Positions 29,181 through 39,101 of a stretch of DNA of 64,000 bases are shown here, in pieces. The position numbers and the translations under genes were made by a program. The notes under the pieces were generated by a model that had not been told where the DNA came from, made no database searches, and saw only the letters and a list, made by a program, of their open reading frames with translations. The first letter of the stretch is position 1. Each line of letters begins with the position of its first letter. This DNA is from an uncultured Acidobacteriota bacterium (GTDB lineage Bacteria; Acidobacteriota; Thermoanaerobaculia; UBA5066; Gp7-AA6), in the NCBI GenBank assembly GCA_963776755.1, contig CAVZNW010000002.1:163741-227740 (forward strand), given 5' to 3'.

Positions 29181-31670
29181 CTACTCGCTCCGGAGCGCCG
29201 TCGTCGGGTCGACCCGGCTCGCCTTCCTCGCCGGGAAGAAGCAGGCCGCCAGGGCCACGGACGCCAGCACGGCCGGCACCGACGCGAAGGTCCACGGGTC
29301 GCGCGGGGAGACGCCGTAGAGCAGGGCCGCCATCGCCCGGGTCAGCAGGAACGCGCCGGCGAGGCCGAGCGCGACGCCGAGCGCGGCGAGCCGGCCCCCC
29401 TCGAGCAGGAGCATCCGCTTCACGTCGACCGGACGGGCCCCGAGCGCCATGCGGATCCCGATCTCGCGGGTCCGCTGCGAGACGCCGTAGGCGATGACGC
29501 CATAGACCCCGACGGCCGAGAGCAGCAGAGCCGCGGCGGCGAAGAGGGCCAGCAGCTGCATCGCGAATCGGCGCTCGGCCACGGTCGAGGCCATCGCCTC
29601 GTCCATCGTGCGGACGGCGAAGACCGGCAGCTCCGGATCGAGCGCCCGGACCGCCGCGTCGAGCTGCGGCCCCAGCACCGGGGGCGGCGCCGTGCCGCGG
29701 ACGACGAACGTGAAGAAGGCGCTGGCCCCCTGCAGGAGCGGGCGGTAGAAGGCCGGCTGGTCGTCGAGGGCGAGAGACTCCGACTTCACGTTGCCGACGA
29801 CCCCGACGATCGTCATCCACGGAGGCGGCGCGGCCCCGCCCACGACCTGCCGCTGCAGCGGGCGGCCCGGGAAGCGCAGGCGCCGCCCGATCGGGTCCTC
29901 GCCGGGGAACGCGCGACGGGCGAAGGACTCGCTGACGATGATGACCGGCTCGCCGCCCTCGACGTCCCGGTCGTCGAAGTCGCGCCCGGCCTTGACCGGG
30001 ATGCCGAGTGTCGCGAAGTAGCGCGTCGAGGCGCCCGATCCCAGGGCCACGACCGTGCCGTCGCGCTCGGGGTCGCGGCCCTCGATCTGGAGTCGGGTGG
30101 TGAAGCGGGCCGTGTTGAACGGCACGCGGGTCGCGCCCGCGGCCTCGGTCACTCCGGGCAGCGCCCGGATGCGCTCGAGGGCCTTGCGATAGAAGGCGGC
30201 CTGCGCCGAGTTCTCGTTGTAGCGCCCGTTCTCCCGGATGTCGGGCTGCGGGAGCCAGAGGCTCGCCGTCGTCACGTTCTTCGGGTCGAAGCCGACGTCG
30301 ACCTGCTGCAGCCGCCAGAGCGTGCGCACGAGCAGGCCGGCGCCGACGAGCAGCACGAGCGCCAGGGCGAACTCGGCGACGACGAGCAGGGACCGGACGC
30401 GCTTGCCGCGACGGCCGGAGGCCCCGCGGGAGCCCTCGTTGAGCGCCTCGCCCAGCGCGGGGCCGGAGCCCTGAAGCGCGGGAGCGATTCCGAAGACGAC
30501 TCCCGTCAGGATCGACGCTCCCAGCGTGAAGAGCAGGACGGCGCGGTCGATCCGCACCTCCGGGAGCCGCAGCAGGCTCGCGGGCGAGAGCCGCATGAGC
30601 AGGTCGACGCCGAAGGACGCCACGGCGAGCCCCAGCGCGCCGCCCGCGAGTCCGACGACCAGGCTCTCCGTCAGCAGCTGCCGCACCAGGCGCGCGCGGG
30701 AGGCGCCGAGCGCCTGCCGCACCCCGATCTCGCGCCGCCGCGCCGAGGCCCGCGCGAGCTGCAGGTTCGCGACGTTGGCGCAGCCGATCAGGAGCACGAG
30801 ACCGACGGCCGCCAGCAGAACGACGAGCGCCGGGCGCACGGCGCCGACGAGGTCGTCCTGGAGTGCGTAGAGGCGCGGCGTCCAGCCGTCGTTCTCGGGA
30901 TAGTCGCCGGGAAATTCGCGGCGCAGCTCCGCCGCCACGGCGTCGAGTCGCGCCTGCGCCGCGGCCGGCGTGACGCCCGGCTTGAGGCGCGCCAGCGCTC
31001 CCTGGAGGAAATACGCCCGGCGGTTCGGCCCCTGGAACGGAGGGCCGAGCCAGCCCGAGGGCGCCCAGACCTCGACGTCGGTCTCGATCACCCTTCCGGG
31101 ATGGCGGAAGCCCGGAGGCAGGACGCCGACGATCGTGCACAGGTCGTCGTCGATGCGCAGCGGCTTGCCGATGACGTTCGGGTCGCCTCCGAACCGGCGC
31201 CGCCAGAAGCCGTCCGAGAGGACGACGAAGTCGGCGATGCCGGGGTCGTAGTCCTTCTTCTCGAAGAGCCGCCCGACCTGGGCCTTGACCCCGAGGATGT
31301 CGAAGTACTCGACGTCGACGAGCAGCGTCTCGACGCGCTCGGGCCGGTCGCCGCCGGTGACGTTGGCCGTGATGGGGTAGAGCCCCGACATGGACGAGAA
31401 GACGCCGGCCCGCTCCCGGTAGTCGAAGAGCTCGGGCGCCGAGAGGCCGACGTCGGCGGCGCCGCGGCGCGAGAAGTCCGAGGTGACGCGGACGAGCTCG
31501 CCGGCGCGCTCGAAGGGCAGGGGCTTCAGGAGCACCGCGTTCACCACCGAGAAGATGGCGGCGTTGGCGCCGATCCCGAGGGCGAGCGTCGCGATCGCGA
31601 CGGCCGCGAAGCCCGGGCTCTTGCGCAGGGTCCGGAGGGCGTAGCGCAGGTCCTGTCCGAGGGTCGTCAT
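29181..31670 (-). CDS. ADOP-type duplicated FtsX/MacB-like permease (array member 11, last)
   Basis: MTTLGQDLRYALRTLRKSPGF. FtsX blocks LIGCANVANLQLARASARRREIGVRQALGASRARLVRQLLTES and [27 protein letters not shown]-terminus FPARKASRVDPTTALRSE. I prefer ATG 31670 (GGGAG ribosome-binding site, 13-nt gap) over the longer ORF start at 31703. Confidence 0.9.
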   Translation of the reverse strand: MTTLGQDLRYALRTLRKSPGFAAVAIATLALGIGANAAIFSVVNAVLLKPLPFERAGELVRVTSDFSRRGAADVGLSAPELFDYRERAGVFSSMSGLYPITANVTGGDRPERVETLLVDVEYFDILGVKAQVGRLFEKKDYDPGIADFVVLSDGFWRRRFGGDPNVIGKPLRIDDDLCTIVGVLPPGFRHPGRVIETDVEVWAPSGWLGPPFQGPNRRAYFLQGALARLKPGVTPAAAQARLDAVAAELRREFPGDYPENDGWTPRLYALQDDLVGAVRPALVVLLAAVGLVLLIGCANVANLQLARASARRREIGVRQALGASRARLVRQLLTESLVVGLAGGALGLAVASFGVDLLMRLSPASLLRLPEVRIDRAVLLFTLGASILTGVVFGIAPALQGSGPALGEALNEGSRGASGRRGKRVRSLLVVAEFALALVLLVGAGLLVRTLWRLQQVDVGFDPKNVTTASLWLPQPDIRENGRYNENSAQAAFYRKALERIRALPGVTEAAGATRVPFNTARFTTRLQIEGRDPERDGTVVALGSGASTRYFATLGIPVKAGRDFDDRDVEGGEPVIIVSESFARRAFPGEDPIGRRLRFPGRPLQRQVVGGAAPPPWMTIVGVVGNVKSESLALDDQPAFYRPLLQGASAFFTFVVRGTAPPPVLGPQLDAAVRALDPELPVFAVRTMDEAMASTVAERRFAMQLLALFAAAALLLSAVGVYGVIAYGVSQRTREIGIRMALGARPVDVKRMLLLEGGRLAALGVALGLAGAFLLTRAMAALLYGVSPRDPWTFASVPAVLASVALAACFFPARKASRVDPTTALRSE

Positions 31671-31683
31671 GGCCGTTCTCCCT

Positions 31684-34191
31684 TCAGTCGCCCCGGAGGG
31701 CATCGAGCGGATCGATCCGGGCGGCCCGCCGGGCCGGCAGGTAACCGGCGGCGAGCGCGACCGCGGCCATCAGCGCGATGCCGCCGGCGAAAACGAGCGG
31801 GTCCGAGGCCTTCACTCCGAAGAGGATCGACTCGATGACCCGCGCCAGCGCCCAGGCCGCGGGCAGCCCGATCGCCGCCCCGATCGCGAGGAAGCGCCCG
31901 ACCTCGGAGAGGACGAGGCGGCGCACCGCGGACGGGTCCGCCCCGAGCGCCATCCGCACGCCGATCTCGCGCCGCCGCTCCGCGACCGAGAACGCGAGGA
32001 CGCCGTAGATGCCGATCGCGGCGAGCAGCGCCGCGAGCCCGCCGAAGGCGACCGACAGCAGGAACACGAGCCGCTCGGTCAGGAGCGACTCGCGGATCTG
32101 CGTCGTGAGCGTCTTGACGTCGAAGACGGGCAGCTGGGAGTCGAGCGCGGCGACGGTGCTGCGGGCCGCGGGCGCGAGCCGGTCGGGCGGCAGCTCGCCG
32201 CGGAGGTAGAAGGTGAGCGAGCCCAGGTTCGGGTCCTGCAGGTAGGGCGTGAAGGCGAAGGGATGCTGCGGCTCGCCGACCTGCCCGCCCTTGCTGTCCC
32301 GGACGACGCCGACGATCTCGACGTCGGGCGCCCCCTCGCCCCGGCCGATGCCGAGACGCTCGCCGATGGCGGAGCGCCCGGGGAAGAATTTGCGCGCCAT
32401 CGTCTCGTTGACGATCGCGACCGGGGTCGAGCGCAGGTCGTCCTCGAACCGGAACTCCCGGCCGGCGGAAAGCGGGACGCCGAGCGTCGAGAAGAACGCC
32501 GGGCCGACGTGGTTGCGCCAGACCTGGAGGCCCTTGGTCTGCTCGTTGTCGGGACCGGAGGTGCGCACGTTGGTCGTCTCGTCGCTCCCGGTCATCGGCG
32601 CGACCTCGGCGGCCGAGACCGATCGAACGCCCGGCGAAGCGGAGAGCGTCTCGGTCAGGCGGCGGACGAACGCCGCGGTCCGCTCCGGGGAATAGCCGTT
32701 GGACTCCGGCGCGACCGAGAAGGACAGGACGTTGTCGGGCTTGAGTCCCAGGTCGACGCGGCCGAGGTTGGCGAGGCTCTTCGTGAAGAGACCGGCGGCG
32801 ACGAGCAGCACGAGCGTCAGGGCGACCTGGGCCGTGACGAGCCATCCGCGCATGCGGATCGCCTCGCGTCCGGCGCTCGCGCCGCGGCTCTGGCCGCGGA
32901 GCGTCCGGGCCGGGTCGAGGCGCGACGCGCGGTAGGCGGGACCCACGCCGAAGAGGATGCCCGCGACGAGCGCCAGGACGGCCGTGAAACCGACCACCCG
33001 CGGGTCGATCGAGACGGCGACCTGCCGCAGGTCGGCGTCCGGCGGAAACGCCGAGAGCAGGGCCGTCAGCGTCCAGGCGGCCAGGGCCAGGCCGAGGGCT
33101 CCGCCGGCGACGGAAAAGGTCAGGCATTCGACGACGGACTGGCGCAGCAGCTGCCGGGGGCTCGCGCCGATCGCGAGGCGGATGCCGTATTCGCGCTGAC
33201 GGGCGACCCCGCGTGCGGCGAGCAGCCCCGCGAGGTTCGAGCAGGCGATCAGGAGCACGAGGCCGACCATCCCCATCAGCGAGAGCAGCGGCGTGCCGAG
33301 GCCCTGGCGAATGTTGGCGCGGCCGACGCCGCCCGGCGGGAGCTCGATCCGTCGGTTGAGGAACTCCTTCTTGCGCGTGTCGTCCCAGTTGTTCATCTGA
33401 GGCAGCAGGACCTCGAGGAGCGGTCGGTACGTCGCCGCCAGCGAAGCCTCCGCCGCCTTCCGCGAGAGTCCGGGCTTCAACCGCCCGATCATCTGGAGCC
33501 AGTAGTCCTTGGGGCTTTCCAGCGTCTCCTGGAACGGAGTCATGCCGGCCTTCATCGCGAGCGGGACGAAGAGGTCCGCGCGGCGCCCCGGCTGGACGCC
33601 CGAGAACACCGGAGACGCCACGCCGACGACCGTCAGCGACTGCCCGTTGACGACGATCGTCTTGTTGAGGATCGACGGGTCGCTGCCGAACCGCCGGACC
33701 CAGTAGCCGTGCGACAGGACGGCCAGGGGATGCGCGCCGGGGGCCCGGTCGTCGTCGGGTGAAAGGACCCGGCCGAGGGACGGCGGCACGCCGAGGACGC
33801 CGAAGTAGTTGCCCGAGACGAGCTCCCCGGACGCCCGTTCGGTCGCGCCGCGGGCCGCCACGCTCGCCGCGAACGGATACACCCCGAGGAGGCCCGCGAA
33901 CACCTCGTTCTTGTCGCGCAGGTCGCGGTACATCGGGTAGGAGAACGAGAAGGCGTCGTCGCCGTCGCTCCAGGTGTGGCCCTGCCGGGGGCCGGGCGAG
34001 CGCAGGAGAACGAGCTCTCGCGGCTCGCGAACCGGCAGCAGCCGGAGCATCACCCGGTCGACGAGCGCGAAGATCGCGGCGTTGGCGCCGATCCCGAGCG
34101 CGAGCGTCGCGATCGCGGCGGCGGCGAAAGCCGGGCTCTTGCGAAGGGAACGCAGCGCGTAGCGCAGGTCCTGGAGCAGGGCGTTCATCAT
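31684..34191 (-). CDS. ADOP-type duplicated FtsX/MacB-like permease (array member 10)
   Basis: MMNALLQDLRYALRSLRKSPAF. LIACSNLAGLLAARGVARQREYGIRLAIGA and IGIYGVLAFSVAERRREIGVRMALGA. C-terminus LPARRAARIDPLDALRGD. ATGA overlap with the upstream stop (34188-34191). Confidence 0.9.
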   Translation of the reverse strand: MMNALLQDLRYALRSLRKSPAFAAAAIATLALGIGANAAIFALVDRVMLRLLPVREPRELVLLRSPGPRQGHTWSDGDDAFSFSYPMYRDLRDKNEVFAGLLGVYPFAASVAARGATERASGELVSGNYFGVLGVPPSLGRVLSPDDDRAPGAHPLAVLSHGYWVRRFGSDPSILNKTIVVNGQSLTVVGVASPVFSGVQPGRRADLFVPLAMKAGMTPFQETLESPKDYWLQMIGRLKPGLSRKAAEASLAATYRPLLEVLLPQMNNWDDTRKKEFLNRRIELPPGGVGRANIRQGLGTPLLSLMGMVGLVLLIACSNLAGLLAARGVARQREYGIRLAIGASPRQLLRQSVVECLTFSVAGGALGLALAAWTLTALLSAFPPDADLRQVAVSIDPRVVGFTAVLALVAGILFGVGPAYRASRLDPARTLRGQSRGASAGREAIRMRGWLVTAQVALTLVLLVAAGLFTKSLANLGRVDLGLKPDNVLSFSVAPESNGYSPERTAAFVRRLTETLSASPGVRSVSAAEVAPMTGSDETTNVRTSGPDNEQTKGLQVWRNHVGPAFFSTLGVPLSAGREFRFEDDLRSTPVAIVNETMARKFFPGRSAIGERLGIGRGEGAPDVEIVGVVRDSKGGQVGEPQHPFAFTPYLQDPNLGSLTFYLRGELPPDRLAPAARSTVAALDSQLPVFDVKTLTTQIRESLLTERLVFLLSVAFGGLAALLAAIGIYGVLAFSVAERRREIGVRMALGADPSAVRRLVLSEVGRFLAIGAAIGLPAAWALARVIESILFGVKASDPLVFAGGIALMAAVALAAGYLPARRAARIDPLDALRGD

Positions 34192-36647
34192 TCGCTCCTC
34201 AGGGCGGCCATCGGCTCCACGCGAGCGGCGCGCTCGGCGGGCACGGCGCTGGCGGCGAGCACCGCGGCGGCGAGGATGGAGGCGGCGGCGGCGTACGAAA
34301 GCGGATCGAGAGGGGAAACGCCGAAGAGAAGTTGAGCGGCCAGGCGCGAGGCGGCGGCGGCGGCGGCAAGGCCCGCGGCCAGGCCGAGGATCGCGATCCG
34401 GGAGCCGCGCCGGAGGACGAGGCCTCGCACGTGCGCCTTCTGCGCCCCGAGGGCCATCCGGATTCCGAACTCGCGCGTGCGCGCCTGGGTCGCGTACGAG
34501 ACGACGCCGTAGAGCCCGGTCGCCGAGAGCAGCAGAGCCAGCAGGCCGAAGGCGCCGACGAGGAGCGCGATCAGCCGGCTCTGCCCCAGGGCGAGGCCGA
34601 GCTTCTCCTCCAGCGTGCGGACGTGGAAGAGCGGAAGTCCCGAATCCAGACCGGCGACGGCCTGCGCCAGGGGTCCCGCCAGGGCGGCGGCATCGGTCTT
34701 CGCGTCGAGGAGGATCGTCATCCGGGGCATGTAGAACTGGGACAGCGGGACGTAGACCGTGGGATCCGGCGCCCGGCGCAGGCTGCGGAAGCGGACGTCG
34801 CGCACGACGCCGATCACTTCGCCGCCGACCCCGGGAGGCCCGAGGTTCATGATGCGGCGGCCGACCGGATCGACGCCCGGCCAGAACTTGCGCGCCATCG
34901 CCTCGCTGACGATCGCGACCGCGGGGCCGTCGGCCCTGTCGCGCGCGTCGAAGTCGCGGCCGGCCACCAGTCGCGCGCCGAGCGCGGAAAAGAAACCGGG
35001 CGTGACGATGTTGAGGTCCGCCTGCGGGATCTCGTCGGGAGCGGGCGTGTACCCGTCGCTCTCGATGGAGGTCCGCATGCCCGCGCTCTGCACGGGCGTC
35101 GTCCGGGCGAGGGCCGCGGAGCCGACGCCGGGGATCGCGCGCACGCGCTCGAGCAGCTCCGCGAACAGGGCGGAGCCCCGAGCGCGGTCGTAGCCCTGGC
35201 GGGCCAGGTCGAGCGACGCCTCGAGCCGCCCGGCGGGATCGAAGCCCGGATCGACGGCGGCCTCGCGCGCCAGCGTGTGCGCCGTCAGGCCGGCGCCGAC
35301 GAGGAGAACGGCCGTCAGCGCGATCTGGCCGACGACGAGCGCGTCGCGCAGGCCGAACCGCGGCCGGCCGGCCTGCGGCCCCGAGCCCTTGATCGAGGTC
35401 AGCACGTCGATCCGGCCTCCGCGCAGGGCCGGCACGAGCCCGGAGAGGACGGCGCACGCGAACGCCGCGGCCGCCGCGAAGGCGAGCGCGCGCAGGTCGA
35501 GCACGGAGGTCGCCGCGCCCATCGGGAGCGCGAACTCGGGAGGCACGAGCGCCGCGAGCAGGTCGCCGCCCCAGATCGCGAAGACGAGGCCGGTCCCGGC
35601 CGCCAGCGTCGCGAGCAGCAGACTCTCGACGAAGAGCTGCCGCGCGATCTGCCGGCGGGAGGCGCCGAGGGCGACCCGAACGCCGATCTCCCGCCGGCGC
35701 CGCTCGGCGCGCAGGAGCAGGAGGCCCGCGGCGTCCGCGCAGGCGATCAGGAGCACGAGACCGGCCATCCCCACGAGGAGCCAGGACAGGCGGCGCGCCT
35801 CGTCGCGGGAACTCGGGCCGACGGCGAAGTCGCCGGCCGGGAGGACCTTCGCCATGGGGTCCTGATGGTCCTTCGCCTGGCCCAGCGCCCGGCGCTTCGC
35901 AATCGTGTCGAGCTCGGCCTGCGCGGTGGCGGCGGACACGCCGGGCTTCAACCGCGCGACGACGTCGAGCCAGGAGAGGTTGCGGCCGGTCAGGACCTTG
36001 TCGTCGGCGAACTCGGGCAACGCGCGCTCGACCATCGCGATCGGCACCCACACGTCCGGAAGGCTGTCGAGGCTGACGCCCGTGAACTCGGGGCGCGCCA
36101 CGCCGACGACGACGTACGGGTGGCCGTTCAGATGGACCGTCGAGCCGACGATTCGCTCGTCCGACCCGAAGCGTCGGGCCCAGAGGCGGTGACTGACGAC
36201 GGCGACGGGGCTCGCGCCCGGCGCGGCGTCGTCGGAAGCGGAGAGCAGCCGGCCGCGTTCCGGTCGCGCGCCGAGCAGCTCGAAGAAGCTCCCGCTGACG
36301 AGGGCCCCCGTCACCCGCTCGGGCTTCCCGCCGGTCGACAGGTGGAAGGCCTCGGAATCGTCGAAGGCCGCCATCCCGGCGAACGCCGACGCGCCGTCGC
36401 GGTAGTCCGTGAAGACCGGATACGAGTGGTTGTAGAGCTCCTGCCCCTTCTCGTCGGTCGCCCAGATCCGGACGAGCGAGGCCGGGTCGCGCACGGCGAG
36501 CGGCCGGAAGAGGACCGCGTCGACCGCCGAGAAGATGGCGACGTTGACGCCGATCCCAAGGGCGAGCGTCAGGATCGCGAGGGCCGCGAAGCCGGGGCTC
36601 TTCTTCAGCGTGCGGGCGGCGAAGCGGAGGTCCTGGAGCAGACTCAT
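34188..36647 (-). CDS. ADOP-type duplicated FtsX/MacB-like permease (array member 9)
   Basis: 819 aa. MSLLQDLRFAARTLKKSPGF. LIACADAAGLLLLRAERRRREIGVRVALGA and [27 protein letters not shown]-terminus VPAERAARVEPMAALRSE. Confidence 0.9.
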   Translation of the reverse strand: MSLLQDLRFAARTLKKSPGFAALAILTLALGIGVNVAIFSAVDAVLFRPLAVRDPASLVRIWATDEKGQELYNHSYPVFTDYRDGASAFAGMAAFDDSEAFHLSTGGKPERVTGALVSGSFFELLGARPERGRLLSASDDAAPGASPVAVVSHRLWARRFGSDERIVGSTVHLNGHPYVVVGVARPEFTGVSLDSLPDVWVPIAMVERALPEFADDKVLTGRNLSWLDVVARLKPGVSAATAQAELDTIAKRRALGQAKDHQDPMAKVLPAGDFAVGPSSRDEARRLSWLLVGMAGLVLLIACADAAGLLLLRAERRRREIGVRVALGASRRQIARQLFVESLLLATLAAGTGLVFAIWGGDLLAALVPPEFALPMGAATSVLDLRALAFAAAAAFACAVLSGLVPALRGGRIDVLTSIKGSGPQAGRPRFGLRDALVVGQIALTAVLLVGAGLTAHTLAREAAVDPGFDPAGRLEASLDLARQGYDRARGSALFAELLERVRAIPGVGSAALARTTPVQSAGMRTSIESDGYTPAPDEIPQADLNIVTPGFFSALGARLVAGRDFDARDRADGPAVAIVSEAMARKFWPGVDPVGRRIMNLGPPGVGGEVIGVVRDVRFRSLRRAPDPTVYVPLSQFYMPRMTILLDAKTDAAALAGPLAQAVAGLDSGLPLFHVRTLEEKLGLALGQSRLIALLVGAFGLLALLLSATGLYGVVSYATQARTREFGIRMALGAQKAHVRGLVLRRGSRIAILGLAAGLAAAAAASRLAAQLLFGVSPLDPLSYAAAASILAAAVLAASAVPAERAARVEPMAALRSE

Positions 36648-36656
36648 CTCGTCACC

Positions 36657-39086
36657 TCACTCCGACTTGAGAGCCACGACGGGATCGATGCGGGCGGCGC
36701 GCCGCGCCGGCAGCCAGTGCGCGGCGAGCGCGACGAGGGCGAGCACGGCGGCGGCGCCGCCGATCGCGAGCGGGTCGCTCGGACTGACCTCGTAGAGAAC
36801 CGACCGGATCAGGCGCATCAGGACGACGGCCGCCGCCGCGCCGGCCACGAGGCCGGCGGCCACGGTCCCGGCTCCACTCGAGAGAACGAGGCGCGTCACG
36901 TCCCGTGGGGTGGCGCCGAGGGCGACGCGAATTCCGATCTCTCGGGTCCGCTGCGCGGCGGCATGCGCGACCACGCCGTAAAGGCCGATCGCCGCGAGCA
37001 GCAGCGCGGCGGCCGCAAACGCCGCCAGCAGTCGCATCACGAATCGCCGCGGCGCGGCCGATCGGTCGACGAGGGAGCTCATGGTCGCGATGCTGTCGAT
37101 CGCCACGCTCGGGTCGACCTCCCGGATCGCCGCCCGGAGGGGCCCGGCGAGCGTCTCCGGGTCCGATGTCCGCGTCCGGACGGCCAGGGTCAGGGCCCCG
37201 TCGGTCACCTGCGCCTGCGGCAGGTACATCTGGGGCGTCGGGGCCGATGCCACGTCGGTGTGACGGACGTCGCCGGCGATGCCGACGACGGTGCGCCACG
37301 GGCCGTTGTTGCCGCCGATGCGCACGCGCTCACCGAGCGGGTCGATCCCCGGCCAGAGCGATCGAGCCGTCGTCTCGGACACGACCATGACCGGAACGGA
37401 GCCGGCGTCGTCGGCGTCGGCGAAGAGGCGCCCGCGGACGAGCGGGATCCCCATCGCGCGGAAGTAGTCCGGCGTGACGGAGTACCGTTCGACGGAGGGA
37501 TCCTCGGCGACGTTCGCCTTCATACGGCCTTCGATGTGAAAGCCCATCGAGTCGCCGTTGCCGCCGAGCGGGATCTGGCCCGCGAAGCCGGCGGCTTCGA
37601 CTTCCGGAAGCGAGCGCGCGCGCTCGAGCGCCCGGTTCTGGAAAGCCACGCAGGCCGCGTCCTGCGCATAGGCGTCGCCGCTCAGCGTCACCGCCATCGT
37701 CAGCACGCGCTCGGGAGCGAAGCCCAGGGGCGTATCCAGCAGGCGCGCCACGCTCCGGAGCATCAGGAACGCTCCGGCGACGAGGACGACCGCGAGGGCG
37801 AGCTCCACGACGGTCAGGACGCGGCGCGCTCGGGACGAGGCGGCGCCGGCGCTTCCGCGCGTCCGCGAGGCCAGAGACTCCGTGAGCCGGGCCGCCGAGG
37901 CGCGCACCGCCGGGAGAAGCCCCGACAGCAGCGCCGCGGCGGTCGAGATCAGCGCGGCGAACGCCACGACCCGAAGGTCGACGCCGACGCGGTCGAGCCG
38001 CGGCGCGCCGACCGGCGCGAGCCGGATCAGCGTCGTCTGCAGCGCCGAAGCCAGCGCCAGGCCGAGGGCGCCCCCGGCGGCGCAGAGGACGAAGCTCTCG
38101 GCCAGGACGTGCTGGATGAGCCGGTAGCGGCTGGCGCCGAGGGCTCCCCGCACGGCCATCTCGTGGGAACGCTGAAGGGATCGCGTGAGCGTGAGGTTCG
38201 CGACGTTCGCGCAGGCGATCAGGAGCACGAATCCGACCGCGCCCGCGAGGACCAGCAGCGGCGCGGACACCCCGGCCGTCAGCTCCCGGGACAGGGGCAC
38301 GACCGCCATCGAGCCGCTCGGATAGCTCGTCGGGTACTCGGCAGCGAGGCGCTTCCGGATGCCGTCGAGGTCGGCGCGGGCCGAATCGAGCGTCGCCCCC
38401 GGTGCGAGCCGCGCGATCGCCTTCAGGTGCTGGCAGTCGCGGCACGCGTACGGCAGGCCCTTCGCGTAACCCACCGGCGCCCAGAGCTCGGCCTTCGCGT
38501 AGTAACGCGCCGAGACGAGCTCCCGAAAGTCGCGAGGCATCACGCCGACGACCCGAAAATCCATGTCGTTCAACCGGATCACTCGGCCCACGACCGAAGG
38601 GTCCGCGCCGAAGCTCCGGCGCCACAGTCCGTCCGAGAGGACGACGACGCGCCAGGTGTCGGGGCGATCCTCTTCCGGCAGGAAGCCGCGGCCAAGTGCG
38701 GGTGAGACGCCCAGGAGCGGAAAGAAGCCCGAGGTCACCCGCATCGCCGGGATGCGCTCGGCCTGACCATCCGCGGAAAGCGTCGGGTTCCAGTTCCGCA
38801 CGGCCGCCATCGCTTCGAAGCTCCGGCTCGAGTCCCGGAGATCCTCGTACGTCGCATACCCGACGTTGTTGGCCGAGGCGCCGTCCGGCGTCCGGTCGCC
38901 GAGCATGACCAGCCGCTCGCCCTCGCGGTAGGGCAGCGGCTGCAGCAGAACCGCGTCGACGACGCTGAAGATCGCGGCGTTGGCGCCGATGCCGAGGGCG
39001 AGCGTCACGAGAGCGACCGCGGTGAACCCGGGCGTCGCGGCGAGGCGCCGGACGGCGAAGCGAAGATCCTGCAGCCAGGAAGACAT
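36657..39086 (-). CDS. ADOP-type duplicated FtsX/MacB-like permease (array member 8, first after the second ATPase)
   Basis: 809 aa. [51 protein letters not shown] and IGLYGVVAHAAAQRTREIGIRVALGA. C-terminus LPARRAARIDPVVALKSE. GAGGA ribosome-binding site in the 15-nt gap. Confidence 0.9.
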   Translation of the reverse strand: MSSWLQDLRFAVRRLAATPGFTAVALVTLALGIGANAAIFSVVDAVLLQPLPYREGERLVMLGDRTPDGASANNVGYATYEDLRDSSRSFEAMAAVRNWNPTLSADGQAERIPAMRVTSGFFPLLGVSPALGRGFLPEEDRPDTWRVVVLSDGLWRRSFGADPSVVGRVIRLNDMDFRVVGVMPRDFRELVSARYYAKAELWAPVGYAKGLPYACRDCQHLKAIARLAPGATLDSARADLDGIRKRLAAEYPTSYPSGSMAVVPLSRELTAGVSAPLLVLAGAVGFVLLIACANVANLTLTRSLQRSHEMAVRGALGASRYRLIQHVLAESFVLCAAGGALGLALASALQTTLIRLAPVGAPRLDRVGVDLRVVAFAALISTAAALLSGLLPAVRASAARLTESLASRTRGSAGAASSRARRVLTVVELALAVVLVAGAFLMLRSVARLLDTPLGFAPERVLTMAVTLSGDAYAQDAACVAFQNRALERARSLPEVEAAGFAGQIPLGGNGDSMGFHIEGRMKANVAEDPSVERYSVTPDYFRAMGIPLVRGRLFADADDAGSVPVMVVSETTARSLWPGIDPLGERVRIGGNNGPWRTVVGIAGDVRHTDVASAPTPQMYLPQAQVTDGALTLAVRTRTSDPETLAGPLRAAIREVDPSVAIDSIATMSSLVDRSAAPRRFVMRLLAAFAAAALLLAAIGLYGVVAHAAAQRTREIGIRVALGATPRDVTRLVLSSGAGTVAAGLVAGAAAAVVLMRLIRSVLYEVSPSDPLAIGGAAAVLALVALAAHWLPARRAARIDPVVALKSE

Positions 39087-39101
39087 CGTGATCCTCGATC
39101 C